A stretch of 64,000 nucleotides of DNA, taken from the NCBI RefSeq assembly GCF_001194135.2, contig NC_068981.1, forward strand, positions 78,892,147 through 78,956,146. The letters run 5' to 3'. This DNA comes from Octopus bimaculoides. Lineage: Eukaryota. Numbering within the stretch: position 1 is the stretch's first letter; every line of letters starts with the position of its first letter. Below the pieces are notes generated by a model that was given only the letters and a program-made list of their open reading frames with translations, was not told the origin of the DNA and ran no database searches. Positions 61,001-64,000 of the stretch are shown here, piece by piece. Both the position numbers and the translations under genes were made by a program.

Positions 61001-63639
61001 CCATTTCTGTCTTTCAATGCTTATATCAAAGATTTTCAATGCTTATATCAATGCAGAGTACTATAACTCCATGAAGAGCATAAAGTATGTATGCAAAAAC
61101 ATAAATATAGATAGTGATGCTGCTTCTTTCGCCATTCAGGAAAACACTAACAACGAAGTTAAACAATACCAATTAGGAAGATATATAAGCAGTAATGAGG
61201 CCTTCTGGCAGATATTTGGATTCCCAATCCATGAAAGGCACCCAGCCATTCAACAACTTTCTGTGCATTTAGAAAATGGTCAAAGGGTTTACTTCACTGC
61301 TGAGACAACTGCAAATCAAGTTTCAAATCCAAAGGATACCACTTTAACAGCCTTCTTCAATCTTTGTTGGGGGAACAATTTTGCAAAAATGCTGCTATAT
61401 CATGAGGTTCCTTCTTATTAAACATGGAGTAATAAATGTAATAGGTGCAAAATCGGTACAAAGGTTCAAGGTCATTCTGAGATTAAGTTTGGTACAACAA
61501 TTGGTAGACTATATACTGTACATCCTAATGAAAATGAATGCTTTCACCTCAGAATGCTTCTTCATGTAAAAAGAGGACCAACTTCATGGGAAAGTTTGAA
61601 AGAAGTTGATGGTGAGATTTGCAGAATATATCGAGAAGCATGTTTGAAGTTAGATTTGCTTGCAAATGATCAGTAGTGGGAAGCAACATTGGAAGAAGCT
61701 TTAATATCAAAAACACCAAAGAGTTTAAGAAGTCTTTTTGCTATTATTCTCAAAAATTGTGAAGTAAGTAATCCTGTTGAACTGTGGAATAAGTTCAGAA
61801 ATGATCTTGCTGAAGATTTCAAACACCAAGTTCAGTTGAGTAATCCTGAGCAAGATATTGGTTTCACTGATGCTATATACAATACGGCTTTGATTGAAAT
61901 AGATCAAATTATTTCGATAGGAGGTGAACCTATAGAAAATTTAGGTCTCCCACTAACTAATAGAGGGGATCTTAGCAGTTTCTCCACTGAAATAATAAGG
62001 GAAATTTCCTATGATATGGAGAAACTAGCCATATACATAAATGATAATCTTCCCAAGCTTCTGCCTGATCAACATCGTGCATATTCCACTGTCATAGAAA
62101 GAATTAACAATAGCATAGGAGGACTTTATTTTTTAGATGCTCCAGGAGGTACTGGGAAAACATTAGTAATTAAACTTCTCCTGGCTAAAGTTTGTCAAGA
62201 AAATAAAATAGCTTTAGCTACTGCTACCGCTGGGATTGCCGCAACATTAGATCAGACTGCCCATTCAAGTTACCTTTAGATTTATCTAACAAAGAAAATC
62301 CAGTTTGTAATATATCTAAAAATTCTGGAATGGGTGAACTAATACAAAAATGTCACTTAATTGTCTGGGATGAATGTACCATGTCCCACAAAAAAGCTTT
62401 TGAAGCTGTGGACAGAACATTACAAGACATTAGAAATTGTAATTCCATGATGGAAAATGTCACAGTATTATTGCCAGCAGACTTCCGACAAACTCTACCA
62501 GTTGTTCCAAGAGGAACAAAAGTGGATGAGCACAATGCTTTAATAAGGTCTTCTGCACCATGTGAAAACACTTCAACTTTTGAACTATTTGCAGAGCAGC
62601 TTTTGAAACTCGCTGCAATTGATGAAGAACAGTTTCTTACATTCAATCCAATATGTAATTCAGCTGATTCTACCAATGATTTGGTGGCTGAAATCTTACT
62701 GAATCTTCTTCATAATTACAACAATACAAATTGGATCAGTGAACAAGCTATTCTGGTTCCAAAAAATGTTGCTGTAAATAACATTAATAATATGCTACTG
62801 AATAAACTTGCAGGAGAAGTCTGCACTTATAACTCAATTGACAGTGCTGTTGATGATCAGGATAGTGTTAATTACTCCATCGAGTTTTTGAACTCACTAG
62901 AATCATCAGGTTCAACTCCTTATTGTTTTCAGCTGTAGAAAGGGTCTTCTATTATGTTATTGCGTAATTTGTCTCAACCAAAATTATGCAATGGTACAAG
63001 ACTAATTGTGAACAAACTTATGCATTGAGGCAAATATTCTCACTGATTGTGATAAAGGTGAGACCGTCTTCATTCCTCACATACCAATTATACTATCTAA
63101 TGTCCCGTTCCAAATTAAGTGGTTACAGTTCCCTATCCGAGTTTCTTTTGCCGTGAGCATTAATAAAAGTCAGGGCCAAAAATTTAAAGTTGCTAGATTG
63201 CAACTTGAAGAACCATACTTTTCACATGGCCAAATCTTTTTGCTTATTCACCCTGAAATAAAACAAAAAAACATTGCTTATAAAGATATATTCACTTCTA
63301 ATGCAACATGAATACTTCAGTACCTTAATTTGCCATTACTATCATCACATTCAAGAACAATTAAATTATCTATTTAAATGAAGTGTATCATATGATTGCC
63401 AGTAATGTATTGATAAATAAAATAACACATACAACTCACTTATTATTGTCATATAATAAAGAAACAGAAGTTCATGTATGAAATTGATCTTTTTCTTCTA
63501 CTTCAATTATTACGTGATTTTCTCTTATAAAAATACACACATATAGGAGGAGTAAATTATATATATAATAATACTTTGAATGTGGCTCCCAAAAAAGGGT
63601 AAAAGGGATTACCTGATCAACAACAGGTATTACTACTAG
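58025..63639 (+). mobile_element. Complete but decayed autonomous-type Helitron (5615 bp)
   Basis: 5' A|TCTATATATATAAAA; 3' hairpin ACCTG-ATCAACAA-CAGGT then ATTACTA-CTAG|T; a RepHel pseudogene lies inside. Confidence 0.93.
58870..63290 (+). pseudogene. Helitron Rep (HUH) - PIF1-like helicase pseudogene with many stops and frameshifts
   Basis: AFNYNP, FKIQGQVYH*IGS, VEWQKRELPHAHILLW (HUH), SIKYVCK, FLDAPGGTGKT (Walker A), LIVWDECTM (Walker B), ADFRQTLPV, IMLLRNL..PKLCNGTRL, FAVSINKSQGQ, FSHGQ. Confidence 0.92.
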
Positions 63640-64000
63640 TAAATATATACATGACTCTTATCAATATTATTTTTTTTTAAATATATAAATATGCATTTAC
63701 GTATGACTTTTTGGATGTATGGACATTTTTGTGTAAAAATGTATTTATTAAAACATAGGTTTGTTTATATATTCAAATATGAGTGTACTTGTGAATAAGT
63801 ATGGGAGCATATTTGTGTAGATGTATTTCTTATTTTTATTTTAAAAAAAATATAAGTAAACATTTAGATGTTTGTGTATGTGTAAATATAAATGTGTGTA
63901 TATGATTGTGTATACAAGTTTATGTGAGTGTGCATGTCCACATGTGTATGTATGTGTATATACATATATATATATATATGTATATATATGTGTGTGTCTG

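Overview
This is AT-rich, microsatellite-dense eukaryotic genomic DNA with four N gaps. The SINE families, (TAA)/(GAT)/(TA) microsatellites and mariner/Helitron content look like an octopus (coleoid cephalopod) draft assembly; that is my recognition, not a database result. There are no prokaryotic features and no CRISPR array. Most of the window appears to be the 5' end and long introns of one unidentified minus-strand gene. It has a CpG-retaining promoter region (~46.4-52 kb), an ATG exon at 50907-50930 (MAASCIYE), an in-frame 63-nt exon at 46874-46936 (VAHWAINSLCSMLTGLGEIKK), and several short candidate exons further left that I could not assemble into a recognisable protein. The rest is transposon debris: a Gypsy gag-protease fragment with PBS, an R4/Dong-like LINE 3' end, four recurrent SINE-type families (my labels A-D), TTAA-flanked piggyBac-like and pogo-like MITEs, one full-length decayed mariner plus fragments, and several Helitrons including a complete decayed 5.6-kb element (58025-63639). 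I found no clearly new biological system. The best leads are a perfect 40-bp-arm intronic hairpin, a ~400-bp nested fold-back beside a 91-bp mini-Helitron, a 244-bp locally templated insertion with a 17-bp duplication, a head-to-tail Helitron junction, and a strongly signalled exon whose best-looking frame contains TGA.
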